Assembly (NCBI GenBank): GCA_024137785.1 | Contig: JAHRHZ010000270.1 | Span: 7,548,678 to 7,612,677 of the forward strand | Length of the DNA: 64,000 bases | Reading direction: 5' to 3' | Source of the DNA: Ginglymostoma cirratum | Lineage: Eukaryota | Part shown: one piece after another, positions 12,837-24,379 of the stretch | Numbering within the stretch: position 1 is the stretch's first letter | How the letters are laid out: the number at the start of each line of letters is the position of its first letter | Notes under the pieces: model-generated | The model's input: the letters and a program-made list of their open reading frames with translations, nothing else | Database searches by the model: none | Told to the model about the DNA's origin: nothing | Translations under genes and position numbers: made by a program

Positions 12837-15675
12837 TACTTCAGCTCTAAGTGACTTGAAAGGAGATCACAAAAACTGCACAGAACCAGCCAATTGAAAG
12901 CTATTGACCTTGACAATTCGTTGTACATTTAGTTCTCAGTTTCAGCTATTAGCTTGATCGTGTTGAGAACAGGTGGTGAACATTTTTTTTTCACTCGCAA
13001 CAATGTGTATTTAAACTATATTGCCTTGAAAAGAGACAAAATTATAAAATACTAAACGTGCCTTCACATTTTCTCATTAATATCCACACGAACCTTGTTT
13101 AGTTCTGCAACTTCTAAAATCTCCCGTAATCGGTCAGCCTGATACCAATTAAATCCGTAAATAAATTGCAAACTCCGATTTTGTTTAAAAAAATCGCTTA
13201 CGACCACAGCGCGCAATAAATCGGATGATGAAAACCTTGTAATAAACCGAAATCTTGGTAAATCGGGATAGAATAGTATAAAAGAAGGATCTGCTCCCAC
13301 AATTGTAAGTAAAACTTCTCTACATGGGTTTTTTGCTTAAAGTGAGACACGAATAATTTGTCAATGCTGTAATGAATACAGAATTAAATCGAAATCAATT
13401 GATAATGTTCAGTCAGCAAGGGGTCCACATGCTGCTCATTAATCGTAAAGTGAATGCGATTTCAAGTTGTTGTGGTTAATATACTTGTTATGCTAATCTG
13501 TACATTAAATCATTGGCGCACACGGTAGACTTCTACCTTTTGCAGCTAATATGTTTTGTAGTTCTACGCGTTTCCCCTATGTACTTTAAGCTACACGACT
13601 TTCCGCTTACTACCCAAAGTGAAACAAAACCGCTTTATGAAGAGGAAAGTGAATATGACATTAAAGGGTTTGCAAGGTTTGTGCCTAAACTAATAATTCA
13701 ACTTCTATTCTACATTTTGTTAAAAAAATAAAACGCTTTGGAAATCTCTCCTCGCTGTATAACTTGAATGTCTTCATATCAATATTTAGGACTAATGCAT
13801 TTTCCTGTGTAGCATTTGGGACGGGATTGAATTGTAAGCATAAAACAAAACTCATTTGTGCATACATATTAACTCGAGTACTGGACGCTTAACGTTGGAT
13901 TGGGAAACGTAGACAGTATTGTACAACTTCAGGTCCCCCACTAAAACGAATTTGTTTTACACATGCACTTCAAGTCATTGCGTAGAATTACTCAGCTTAC
14001 ACGGCCTAGACACCACGAAAAGAGCAGTAATGCCAGAGGATTGTGGGTGAACCGAATAAAGATTAATAGTACAAAACGCATGTACCACGTGCTTAATCCT
14101 TATTGTAAAGGGGATGTATGAAATTGAGTCCCTGCAACTAAATTAGAAAGGGCGTGTTTGCTCTGAATTCATGTTTGTGGAAGTAATCCAAATTTCAGAT
14201 AGTTTGAAGTGGAAACTAAGGGCAGAAACCTTCACTTGAGAAGAAACAACTGCTCTGATTGGGGTTAAGGGACTTGAATTTTTTTTATTGTAGAGCTCTG
14301 GTTCGCCATGAGGTCTAGACTTGAGATGTTGTATCCCATTATTGGTGGGTAAATGTCAGAGAAAAAGGGGTTGCCTTCTATGAGGCTGCTTCAAAATACA
14401 CCCAACCTTTCCTGAAGTGGTTAAATCTAGTTCTATCCAGCGTAAACATAGGTAGAAGTTCAAAAATTGAAATTCCTTTAAGAAATCGGTGTATTTAACT
14501 GAGTTGAATTTGCACATTTGTTTATAAACCTTTTATCTTTAATTTGGAGATTAGTTCCTATCAACATTGCACCTGCCAACACGTTACAGGCGTTCTTGAT
14601 GCTTTATGCGAACCATTGATAGTTTAAGCAAAAATTGTTTAAAATTGGTGTCCCAAGCAGAGAAATACCAGAAACGATGAGCAAATGGTTTTCACTGATT
14701 TGAATCAATAGTGGATTGCAAACGCTATGAAAGTTGTTTTTGTTCTGTTTCGTAAAGCCCTATTTGGATGTAAATTAGACATTTTCATTACCCTTATCCT
14801 GGACTTTGAGAATGTCATTTGTTCATTTCTCCAGCTCCTATACATATATAAATGAACATCCATTTGCTTAGAACGCTACTTTTCAACTCAAGATAAAATG
14901 AGCCGTTACAACTGTCCGTCTCCTTAAGTGTATTGTTTAGTTCAAGCTGTTGTCAATCATAGACTTACGTACTTTATCAACATTATTTCAATTATTGACA
15001 AAAGAGGTGGCCTAGAACAGTTTCCGAGCAGATGTAATACATTGAGCAAAAACGCTAATGTCAAGTTTTGTTCGTTTCCTCATTACAGTATGATGTTATT
15101 CCGTCCTAATATTACAGGAATGGCCATATCCCCGCTGTGATATCACCAGCAGTTAACCAGAAGCCCTTTTCATACCTGTCATGATTTGATGGGATTTCTT
15201 TGAGATGATCTAACGTACCGTAAAAGCAGCAGGAGAACGTTGCCGTGCACTATCAATTAAGAGATGAAATTGTGCGCTGCCGCGGTCCAGCTTTAACACC
15301 AATGTTAATATAAACTGCCGCTTTTGTTTGCGGATTCGCAGGGGGGAGAAAACAGTTACGTGAATACATTTTGAGGGTGCAATGTTGTCATCTTCAAAAT
15401 GACAAATACGCTGTACATTTTGTATTTGGGACCGCTCCATCCAATGTCTCTTTCGCCTCTTAGAGAGACGAACAGTTCCAAAATGTGATTTGTCACCCTC
15501 CGTGAAGGAACCACTGAGCCCGATGCTTTCTCGCGGCAAAGGGGATTCCAGTATTGAAAGATGACTCGGCAGATGGGGAAATTGGTGTTGATGGCAGGAA
15601 ACAAACCAAACATCTCTTCCCCCAACCCCACCCCCCTCCCCACCTTCTCGTTTTCATTGTTTCATTAAGAAAACA

Positions 15676-15701
15676 GGCGCTGTCCTCACCACAGTGCTAA
15701 C
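15676..15701 (-). promoter_or_regulatory. Candidate non-canonical RE1/NRSE (REST site)
   Basis: Minus strand reads GTTAGCACT-N7-GGACAGCGCC: a perfect right half-site, a 6/9 left half-site and an expanded spacer. It lies about 2 kb upstream of a neuronal gene promoter. Confidence 0.4.
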
Positions 15702-16499
15702 TACGTACAATACCCACACACAAAAAAGAATCACGGTCTTAATCATTAAACAAACGCTTTGCACTTTTTCTTGTGGCTTTGTATATTGACCACAAGTCAA
15801 CCGAAAGAGCACTAGTGACCCAGGAAGGGTCATAAATAACAGCAGTAACTTACCAACAGTAAATACAGTAAGGCATGTTCCATTACAAAGATTTAGCTGA
15901 AGCGTATGAAGTTAATATTTTGACGCAGCAAATTTTAAAATGATTGACTCGCCTGGGCAGTTAAAACAATAAAGCGGTTCTTCTGGGGGAGGGGATGTGT
16001 GGGAGCGACGGTAAATCCACAATTTTTTCCCCCAATATATCCGCTCTTGTGTATTCAATGAGAATGCGATACTGCGGGGGGGTGGAGGGGGAAGGATGAG
16101 GAGAATCTGCAGTCGTCTGCCAGATCTCCCACCCCTCCCTCTCCCTTCCTTCAACCCCCCCTCCCCCCGCGCTTATTCAAAGAGAAACGCCAGGTTTCCG
16201 CTCGACCCCGGCAGACAGGGTGGAGAGAGTCGGGGGTCGGGATCCTCCCGTGAGCTCGAGTCCCCTTCGCAACCCAGCCCGGCCTCTCTCCGTGTGACAG
16301 GCTGGTTCCCCGCACACGGTGGGTATTGGGGTTGGAAGGGGGGGGAACCGGGACAGTGACCAGACAGACAGGCCCCTTTCCCACTTGCATCCCTGGAATC
16401 CACCACCCCTGCATTCCACCCTCTCCCCACACCTCCCTCTTTACCCCCCCCTGTAAATCTCCTTTCTCCCCCAACGTATATCCCTTCCCCTACACACAT

Positions 16500-17310
16500 C
16501 TCACTGTCACCCACCCCGCATCCCCTCCCCCAAAACGATTCCATCCACCCACCCTGCGACCCCTCTCCCCCCGCATGTAATCACCCACCCTGCGACCCCT
16601 CTCTTCCCCCCAACGCGTATCCACCCACCCTGCGACCCCTCTCTTCCCCGCAACGCGTATCCACCCACCCTGCAACCCCTCTCCCCTCAACGCATATCCA
16701 TCCATCCACCCTGCGACCCCTCTTCCCCCACATGTATCCACCCACCCTACGACCCCTCTCTCATCCAACATGTATCCACCCACCCTGTGACCCCTCTCTT
16801 CCCCCCCAACGCGTATCCACCCACCCTGCGACCCCTCTCCCTGCCAACGCGTATCCACCCATCCTGCAGCCCCTTTCCCCCGCAACGCGTATCCACCCCC
16901 CTACAACCCCTCTCTCATCCAATGCGTATCCACCCACCCCACGACCCCTCTACCTCCATGTATCCACCCACCCTGCGACCCCTCTCTCATCAACGCGTAT
17001 CCACCCACCCTGCGACCCCTCTCTCCCCCAACGCGTANNNNNNNNNNNNNNNNNNNNNNNNNNNNNNNNNNNNNNNNNNNNNNNNNNNNNNNNNNNNNNN
17101 NNNNNNNNNNNNNNNNNNNNNNNNNNNNNNNNNNNNNTCCACCCACCCTGCGACCCCTCTCTCCCCCAACACGTATCCACCCACACTGCGACCCCACAAA
17201 CACCCCACGCGTATCCACCCTCCCTGTGACCCCTCTACCACCCCACGCGTATCCACCCACCCTGTGACCCCTCTCCCCCAACGCGTATCCACCCTCCCTG
17301 CATTCCCTCC
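16500..17310 (+). repeat. C-rich minisatellite with a unit of about 36-39 bp (ACGCGTATCCACCCACCCTGCGACCCCTCTCTCCCCCA)
   Basis: More than 15 tandem, slightly variant units are visible, interrupted by an N gap. Confidence 0.95.
17038..17137. other. Assembly gap (100 N)
   Basis: A run of exactly 100 N inside the minisatellite; the true length is unknown. Confidence 0.99.
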
Positions 17311-17369
17311 ACATCTCCATCCCTGGTGTAACTCCCTGTCCCACACGTTTTGACACCCTCCCCTCCCCC

Positions 17370-17800
17370 CCGCCAAACTCCGAAACGGACGCGCGCGTGC
17401 CGACACACGGTATCCGTCCGCCGTGTGTGCGCGCGCGCGCGCGGGAGAGAGAGAAGCGGCCCGCGCGCTCCCTCCCTTCCCGTGTGTGTGTGTGAGAGAG
17501 AGAGAGAGAGCGGGAGATTCTCCCTTGACAGCCCCCTCGAATGTGCGCGCGTCCGCCTCTCGCGCTCCGTCCGTGGGCGCGCGCGGGCGGGCGGGGGCCC
17601 CCCCGTCCACTTGTCCCTCCGCGTGCGCGTGCGCGTGCGCAGTCGGCGGGGCGCTCGGTGAGTGGCGGATGTGGCGAGGCGCGGAGCTGCGGTGTTGTTC
17701 GGCTCTATAAAGGAGTGCGCGAAGCCGCCTCCCGGTGACAGAAAAAGCGCCTTCTTTATTTGCCGCGTGCGTCAGAGCTCCTGAGCAGGGCGATGCTGTA
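17370..17800 (+). promoter_or_regulatory. ELAVL2: ELAVL2 CpG-island promoter with GC boxes, an NRF1-like motif and a TATA box
   Basis: Very CpG-dense. GGGCGG boxes at about 17585-17597 and 17645-17652, GCGTGCGCGTGCGCGTGCGCA at 17621-17641, (GT)n(GA)n at 17482-17510, and TATAAA at 17706-17711. Confidence 0.8.
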
Positions 17801-18245
17801 GTTGCTCTTTCTGTTACAGAGGGGGGTACAAACCGCTCTCACAGTCCCCTCTCTCTTTTTTTTATATATAACACACACATATATACACGTACATCATCTC
17901 ATCTTGTGTGTTTTCACTTAACCGATTCCCTTTTTTTTTGTTTTAAACACCCACTGAATTAACTAGACCTTGTCTTCCCTACCCCACCCCAATTTCTTTT
18001 TTTATACATTAAAGTTTATTTTGTGCATTTTTTTCCTTCTTCTTCACCCCCCCCCCCCCCGCTTTACTGTCTTGAGTATATAATTCTTCCTCCTCTACCC
18101 AGTATCAATCTAGATTGCTTTCACTTCAGGGTTCTGCTGTATTTTGAACTATTTAATATACCCTTTGCGCCACATCATCTTTCTTTGGTAGAAGGACTAC
18201 ACTTAACTTATCTGCTTTTTTAAAAAAAAACAAAAAAGCCAAAAG
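17736..18245 (+). other. ELAVL2: Putative non-coding exon 1 (5' UTR) of ELAVL2; start inferred from the TATA position
   Basis: Begins about 30 nt downstream of the TATA box and ends at the perfect donor AAG|GTAAGT (18246). It is U-rich and contains only one ATG (17793, ATG CTG TAG). Confidence 0.7.
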
Positions 18246-19263
18246 GTAAGTGAATTCTCTACTTGTCTTGCTTTGTATTTAACTGTATTTTTTTTTCCCC
18301 TCTCGTCGTTTAGTGCAGCGATTTGGTTTTGTGAGGAAGGACTATCTGAATGCATTAGGAAAGTGGATTTTCAGCAATTAACTATAGGTTTTTTTTCCTT
18401 CAAAATGCGTCTCTTTGAAATAAGTCGGTAAATGAACGTTGGCTGTTCCTCGAGTCATGCCTCTTTCAAACGCAGTAGCAGTTCTAGAAATGGCTATGTT
18501 AAGGGATTGGAGAGACACTTTGAAGGTTTTGGATGTGAAGCCCATCTTCAACTACAGTTCTCAACAATCTTGGATGTTGAAGGTACATTAGCTGGTACAC
18601 GATTGCATAAGCGATAGGGTTTTGACAGTGAATTTCAGAGGTGTCTCATTCTTGGATGTATTTGTATCTTCTGCTTGAAAGCTGAGAAATATCCATCACA
18701 AAGCAAATGATGTCTAGCTAGGTGAGGTCTCCTCCTTGTACCCCTCTTTCTGCTTACCTTCTTAATATCAGATTGTTGTGTTTAAATGCAGTTGTTTGTA
18801 CACTAGGCTTTCTCTTTTTATTTGCGTCTGTCTTCCTTTTTAAATACCCCTGGCCATTGAATCTTCCGATTTAATTGGCTTTCCCTTTTTTTTTAAAAAA
18901 AAGTGATTTTTAACGTTGGGAAATCCGCGATGGCTCAATAGTCCCAAGGAATAAATGGAGCTCGGCGTATGCCTCTTCGGAAGTGCTTGCAAGGAAGGAT
19001 CAAGCAAAAAACCGGCGGTGAAACCCAGTGATAAATTTTAAAAATGTAGCAACTTCATAGGCACAACGATTGACATGGGTAACTTTGCATCGACAAACGC
19101 ATGCTTTGGAATTTCTTTTTTAAAAAAATACAAAAAAAACCATCCTGATTGCGCTCTGGAGCTTGGATCTATCGACCTCTTAGTGGCCGTTTGGTCGTAG
19201 TTTGGCACGTGCCGACGCCAGATAAGATTTTTTTTCTCCCCCCAAATCAGTTTCTTCGAGGCT

Positions 19264-19284
19264 ATGTTTAAAAATTTAAAAAGG
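19264..19284 (+). CDS. ELAVL2: Candidate alternative coding exon end (MFKNLKR), phase 0
   Basis: GCT-ATG TTT AAA AAT TTA AAA AGG|GTAAGA would splice in frame to QVIAAMETQ. No transcript evidence. Confidence 0.3.
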
Positions 19285-22200
19285 GTAAGAAAGTGTGTGT
19301 GTTGACCACAGTGGAAAGTAATGTCAATTCCCAATGTGTCCTAGCTTGGTGTAATATTTAGCTATCTGTGTCAATTGGAGATTCATAACCTGTCCGTACC
19401 TGCTGTAGGAAGGCTTTGAAGAAATGCACACGCTGCATTTTATTTTCCAATCTTGCACTCACTTGAGAATGGATGTGGTAGCGGTCGACCGGATCGTTCT
19501 TTTTGTTTTAATCGCATGACCGAATCGCTGCAAATATTAAGATCTTCAACAAGGCTGGATCAAGGGGTTGCACGGTTTGTACCGTTTCCCCCCCTCCGCC
19601 CCCAAACAGGGTTCATGCCAAATGCCGCGGAAACTCGATGCATTGAGATCCAGGTCCTGGAAAAGGTGGGGATGAATTGGGTCTTGCACCTTTTTTTGGG
19701 CTTTTTTTAAAAACCAACGTGGGGTCCTCACGCAGCGTGATGCTTGCACCTGATGCTTTTTGTCGATGAGCATTTTATGCATTTACGTGCAAGTTGCAAT
19801 AATTAGACGCGAGCTGGATTTTATTTGCCCACTCTATTGGATTTTGAGTAACAAGCTTCCCACCTCCCCGGAAGAAAGCGCTACCAATGCAGCTTTGGGT
19901 TGGGGCCCTAGGTATGGTTTGCTCCCAGGTTGTCTATTTTGGAATCGGTGTAAGAGACGAATCCTTGGCTGAGCTTGCATCGGGTGTTCTGCAGGGGCGC
20001 CGACTTTCATTTGCAACGCGGTCACTTGTCAACCCTGCAGAGATCAGGATATGTATTTTTTTTTTGTTTCCCGCCAAACTTGCAGGCTCCGTGGATAACT
20101 GGTAACAAAACAAAACATGAAACAGAGGGAGGGAAAGGGGTTTCACTTTGTCGTGTGCGGCAGGGAAATTGAGTTGAATGAAATTGGAACCGAACCATCT
20201 TCCCTGTGTGGGGGGGAGGAGGGAGAGGCTTGTATCTCTCTTTTTAATCCTCCACCAGGGTTGAAAGTTGGGTGTATTGGCAGATATATGCTCATGTCTC
20301 TATCCTTCGCCCTGTGGCGCCAGAGGAGACGGATCCACCCCAGAGTTGCATTTACTTCCCAGTTTGTAACAGTGCGGGGTATCTATCTGCCTGCCTGGTG
20401 CAGTGGGACTCGTTTGGATGAACACGTGCAAGTTGTTAATAACAGATCATTTTAATACCGCACCGGTGTCTTAAATTTTCGTCGATGGGTCAGGATTAGA
20501 AAGCTGTAGTCGCTCCTGACGTTACGAATGCAAGTGTTTTTTTATTCATGTAAATAACTTGGACTTTCTAACCCGGATGGTCAATATATTTTTTTGTTTT
20601 TCAAACGGGTGCAAAAATTGGGATCTCACTGTAGCCTATTCAGTGCTTCGAAGTGAAGATCAAAACAGACTTTAACCTAAAACTTTACATCATTTGTTGA
20701 GTAGTTTTCCTAAAGTGTATTTTACTTCGATTTCCAAGAATCGTCTGCCTTAAGATGTCTAAATCTTAGACAGATATCTGGACTCTGAGACGCAAGTCAT
20801 TGTTCAGACAGACTTTCTTCTGCCAGCAGGACTGAATACTATGGGCGACTATAGCTCAGAAAGTAGACTCAACATTTTATTTTGATATGACAATTTGCAC
20901 TCGGACACAGTTATGTTTAATTCTGCGTGGTAAGCATTTGTTCAAGGCGCACACCCAAGCAAAATCGGACTGCACGTTAATACTTGAGTGCACTCAGGTT
21001 AGAAAGCCCTTAAGAATCACATCTTTGTAGAATTGAGTCTGCAACTCTTTATCTGATAGTCTAGCTCCACTGAGGGACATTGTGGCATAAATTAGCATGT
21101 CTTTTACTTGTATGATGTACAAATAATCTTGAATGAAATAATTGGAATTAATCAGATTATGGATAGTGAAAACAATTCAGGCTGAGAGACTTGTATTATG
21201 TTTCATATTAGTTCATTATACACTGAAATGTGACTTTTCATTCAGCGGTGTCATGTCTTGGTTAACATTTGAGGTACTTGTGAATACTTGCTACTGTATG
21301 AAATAGTGTAGACGTAGACTATCCTGTTGAGAGAAGCTCTCTTTCAAACATCTATCTTGTAGAGAAGAATCTCAAATTGATCTTTGTGCGGAGTCTTTAA
21401 TAGTGTACGTTGTATTTTTAACGTTAAATACCTTATCGTGGCATCAAAATTTAGTTTGTACTTCTGGGAGGTTATTGAGGTGGTGGTGTAATTTTAACAT
21501 GAACATTCAGTTGCTTGTGATAAAGGTGTTGACTTGTTATTTTCATGCTTTGGAAGGAATTGTGAAATATGCTACTTGGGCTGCACTTGGTGAAATGTTT
21601 CTCATGGATCCAGATACATGAAATAGTGAGATTGCATATCTATTCCATTTAAGTTTTTCTGCATTTGGGCAGAAGAACAAGTTTTATATAACCAACTGTG
21701 CATATCGCCACGTTGCTGAAATGTGGAATAAAATGTTTTCCTAGAACTCTTTGGGTACAGAAATTCAACATAAATGCCATTTAAGATCTTAAACTGGCAC
21801 TCCCTCTTGACTTGCTCGCTGAATATCTCAGTTGTGGCTCTTAATTTGAGTGAGAATCTGCCTTATGGGGAAGTGCTTTGTATAATAATTATGAAATTCT
21901 AAAATACAAACTTGTCAAATGCCAATAATTTGATATCATTAAGTATTAATGACTTATCAAAGATGAATCTTGTCATTTTTCTGGCATAAACTTGGGTAAA
22001 TCAGACTGCATAATTAATTGGTATTGTAACCTGTAAATTAGTCAACAAAATCTAAAAAAAAATTTTAGTCATGCATGACCAGTACTCCAAGCATTTGCAT
22101 TATACAAAAGTTTCAGAAATAAATCTAAAGTTGACTTTTGTGGATTAACTACAGATGCATTTTCTTGCAATATATGAGGAAATAATTTCCATTGGTATTT

Positions 22201-24379
22201 ATAAAATTCAAAAAATCTTAACTTGGAGGCACATTTTTAATGTATCTTTTGAGCACCACAAATGCCTTTGACTGGAACTGCGCTAAGTATTTAGGTGTAG
22301 TTTGATCAAACTATGTACAGCTTAATTACTTAGTACACTACAGTGTTTAAACTATATTAGTTCTTTGGTTTACTTTGCTTTTCTGCAGTATTTGGATTTA
22401 AACTGAGTTTACTGTCTGTGGAATGTTCATGTATTATTAATATAGTTCAAAGAAAAAGTGAACTGTGTACACAGTTAGGATTTGATATTAAATTTTCATG
22501 TGTGCTCTAACCACTTAGCCCAGATTGTTGGTTGATTGAGTTGCATCTATCTTTCTGACTTTGTCTGCCCACCCAGCCCCTAGTTCTTAGCCTGGGAGTT
22601 TAGTAGTTGGAATAAACCGTACGTTGTTGTACCTTGTGGGTTTGCAGGTTGATGCAGTTTCTCGGGTTTTGCTGTAGTATAAGATGTACTGCCTTTAATA
22701 TAGCAGCAAAAAAACCAAAAGGAAATGGTTCAGTCAAATTTAACGTGGCACAATTGCTTAGGACCACTTCCCCAACCTTTTTCCACATCCCCAAATGTTT
22801 TTCTAAACTGTTTTGTCAAGTTGTCTTTTCTAAAGCCATCAAATCTACACTTACACCATTTGGGCAGTAAGTTCCAAATCCTTGTCTCTAACTTTTTAAA
22901 CAAAAAAAAACCCTGTTTCCTATAAAATCATTTTCAATCTGTTCTCTTGTTAGTGATCTTCCATCCATAGATTGAAAATGGTTTGATTTAATCTAAATGC
23001 TTCGTGATTTCTTAAAAACGTTTTTCAAATTTCCTTTTTCCCTCTATTTGAAGGGAAGCAACTCTAGTTTCTTTTGTCTACGTAACAGGAATTTCTCTGT
23101 ACTTCTTGTGAAGAGGCACCCTGGAATGTGTGTACATCTAATTCACCTGATGCATCATTTGTAAATTCAAATGTCATAATTCAAATTATATCTAATGTCC
23201 TCTTGGAAAAATATGTATTTCAGCGGTTTGTCTAGAGGTAGTGCAGATGGGTTGGTTTAATTTGACTTTGCTCCTACTTGCAGAGAGGGGGAGAACTGCA
23301 TATTTTAATTTGTGTGCCTAATCTAGTTTGAATTATTAAAGGGAGTAATGAAGTCTTTTCAGCTGTGTACAGTGATCACAGATGGAGACATTACACCAAA
23401 GGACCAAAGGATCTTTCATTTCTCTTTGCTTTATTTCTGTGTAGAATTAGAAGTAATGCACATCCTACTGGAGAGGTTTGTAGATGGCCAGTATCTGATT
23501 TTAGCTGGGTTATTGATTTGAGAAGAAATTTGACTTGTAGAATACTTTACTCAGAATGCAAGCAATTGGACAAATATGGAAATATAATCTCTTCATGTTG
23601 CAATATTTTGAACTTTGAGCAGATGTTCAAGTGTGGCACTTTCATGTGAATAGTCATATAAAATGAAGGAGAGCCAGGCATAATTTGTACATGTCTTCTG
23701 TTGCTATCAAAGTTATTTGAATATTAAATAATTGGTCTCTTACTAGTTTGAAATAGCTGAGTAATGTTGAAATAACTTGTTTGCTACTTTTAAAATCCCT
23801 GTTTTTTTTTTCCTCAAACTTTTTAAAAAGTCTTCAGAATGAAGCCATGTAGAGTTGCCAATTTCTGCATGATTGTAAGAAATAGTTAAGATTTGTGCAG
23901 GCAAAATTTTGTTTCAGTAAAACTTCAAGCCTTGTATACCTGAGCAGAAGCGTAATCTGTCCTCTGGTACTGTTATTTGACAATCTCAATTTTGTGGTTT
24001 GCTTTTTTAATGATGCTTGTCACTTGGTCTGTAATCTAACCACCAAGTAATCATAAGGTAGGAGTACAATGGTTAGACTCATTGCCATAATTCATCTGTC
24101 GACATTTTCATTTTTGGAAAGAAGCAAAAAGCACGAAAGTTTGGAATGGAGTGACGGACAGGAAGGCAGAATTGTACAAGTCTAAATGTTAGGTAGACTA
24201 TTAATGTTGTGCTGGGTATTAGCAAGTAAATGGAAAGGGAGTTGGAATAAATGTATTGTCAAAGGAACAAAATGAGAAGTATGGTTTTCAATAGCTATTT
24301 AAAACTGCTTTTGAGTCCTCACCCTTTTTTTTATAATTCGAATCTTGCACATAGCCATTTCATGCGGTTATTTACAGTT

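Noticed and set aside
16500-17310. CRISPR-like periodicity (about 37 bp)
   Set aside because: The units are head-to-tail with no unique spacers, there are no cas genes, and the DNA is vertebrate.
16490-17610. Long ORFs (131-206 aa) over the C-rich repeat and CpG island
   Set aside because: They are artefacts of a stop-poor minisatellite, an N gap and high GC; the translations are repetitive with no domain.
18707-18727. ATG ATG TCT AGC TAG|GTGAGG donor-like site
   Set aside because: An in-frame stop precedes the donor and nothing else supports it; it could only be a non-coding exon.
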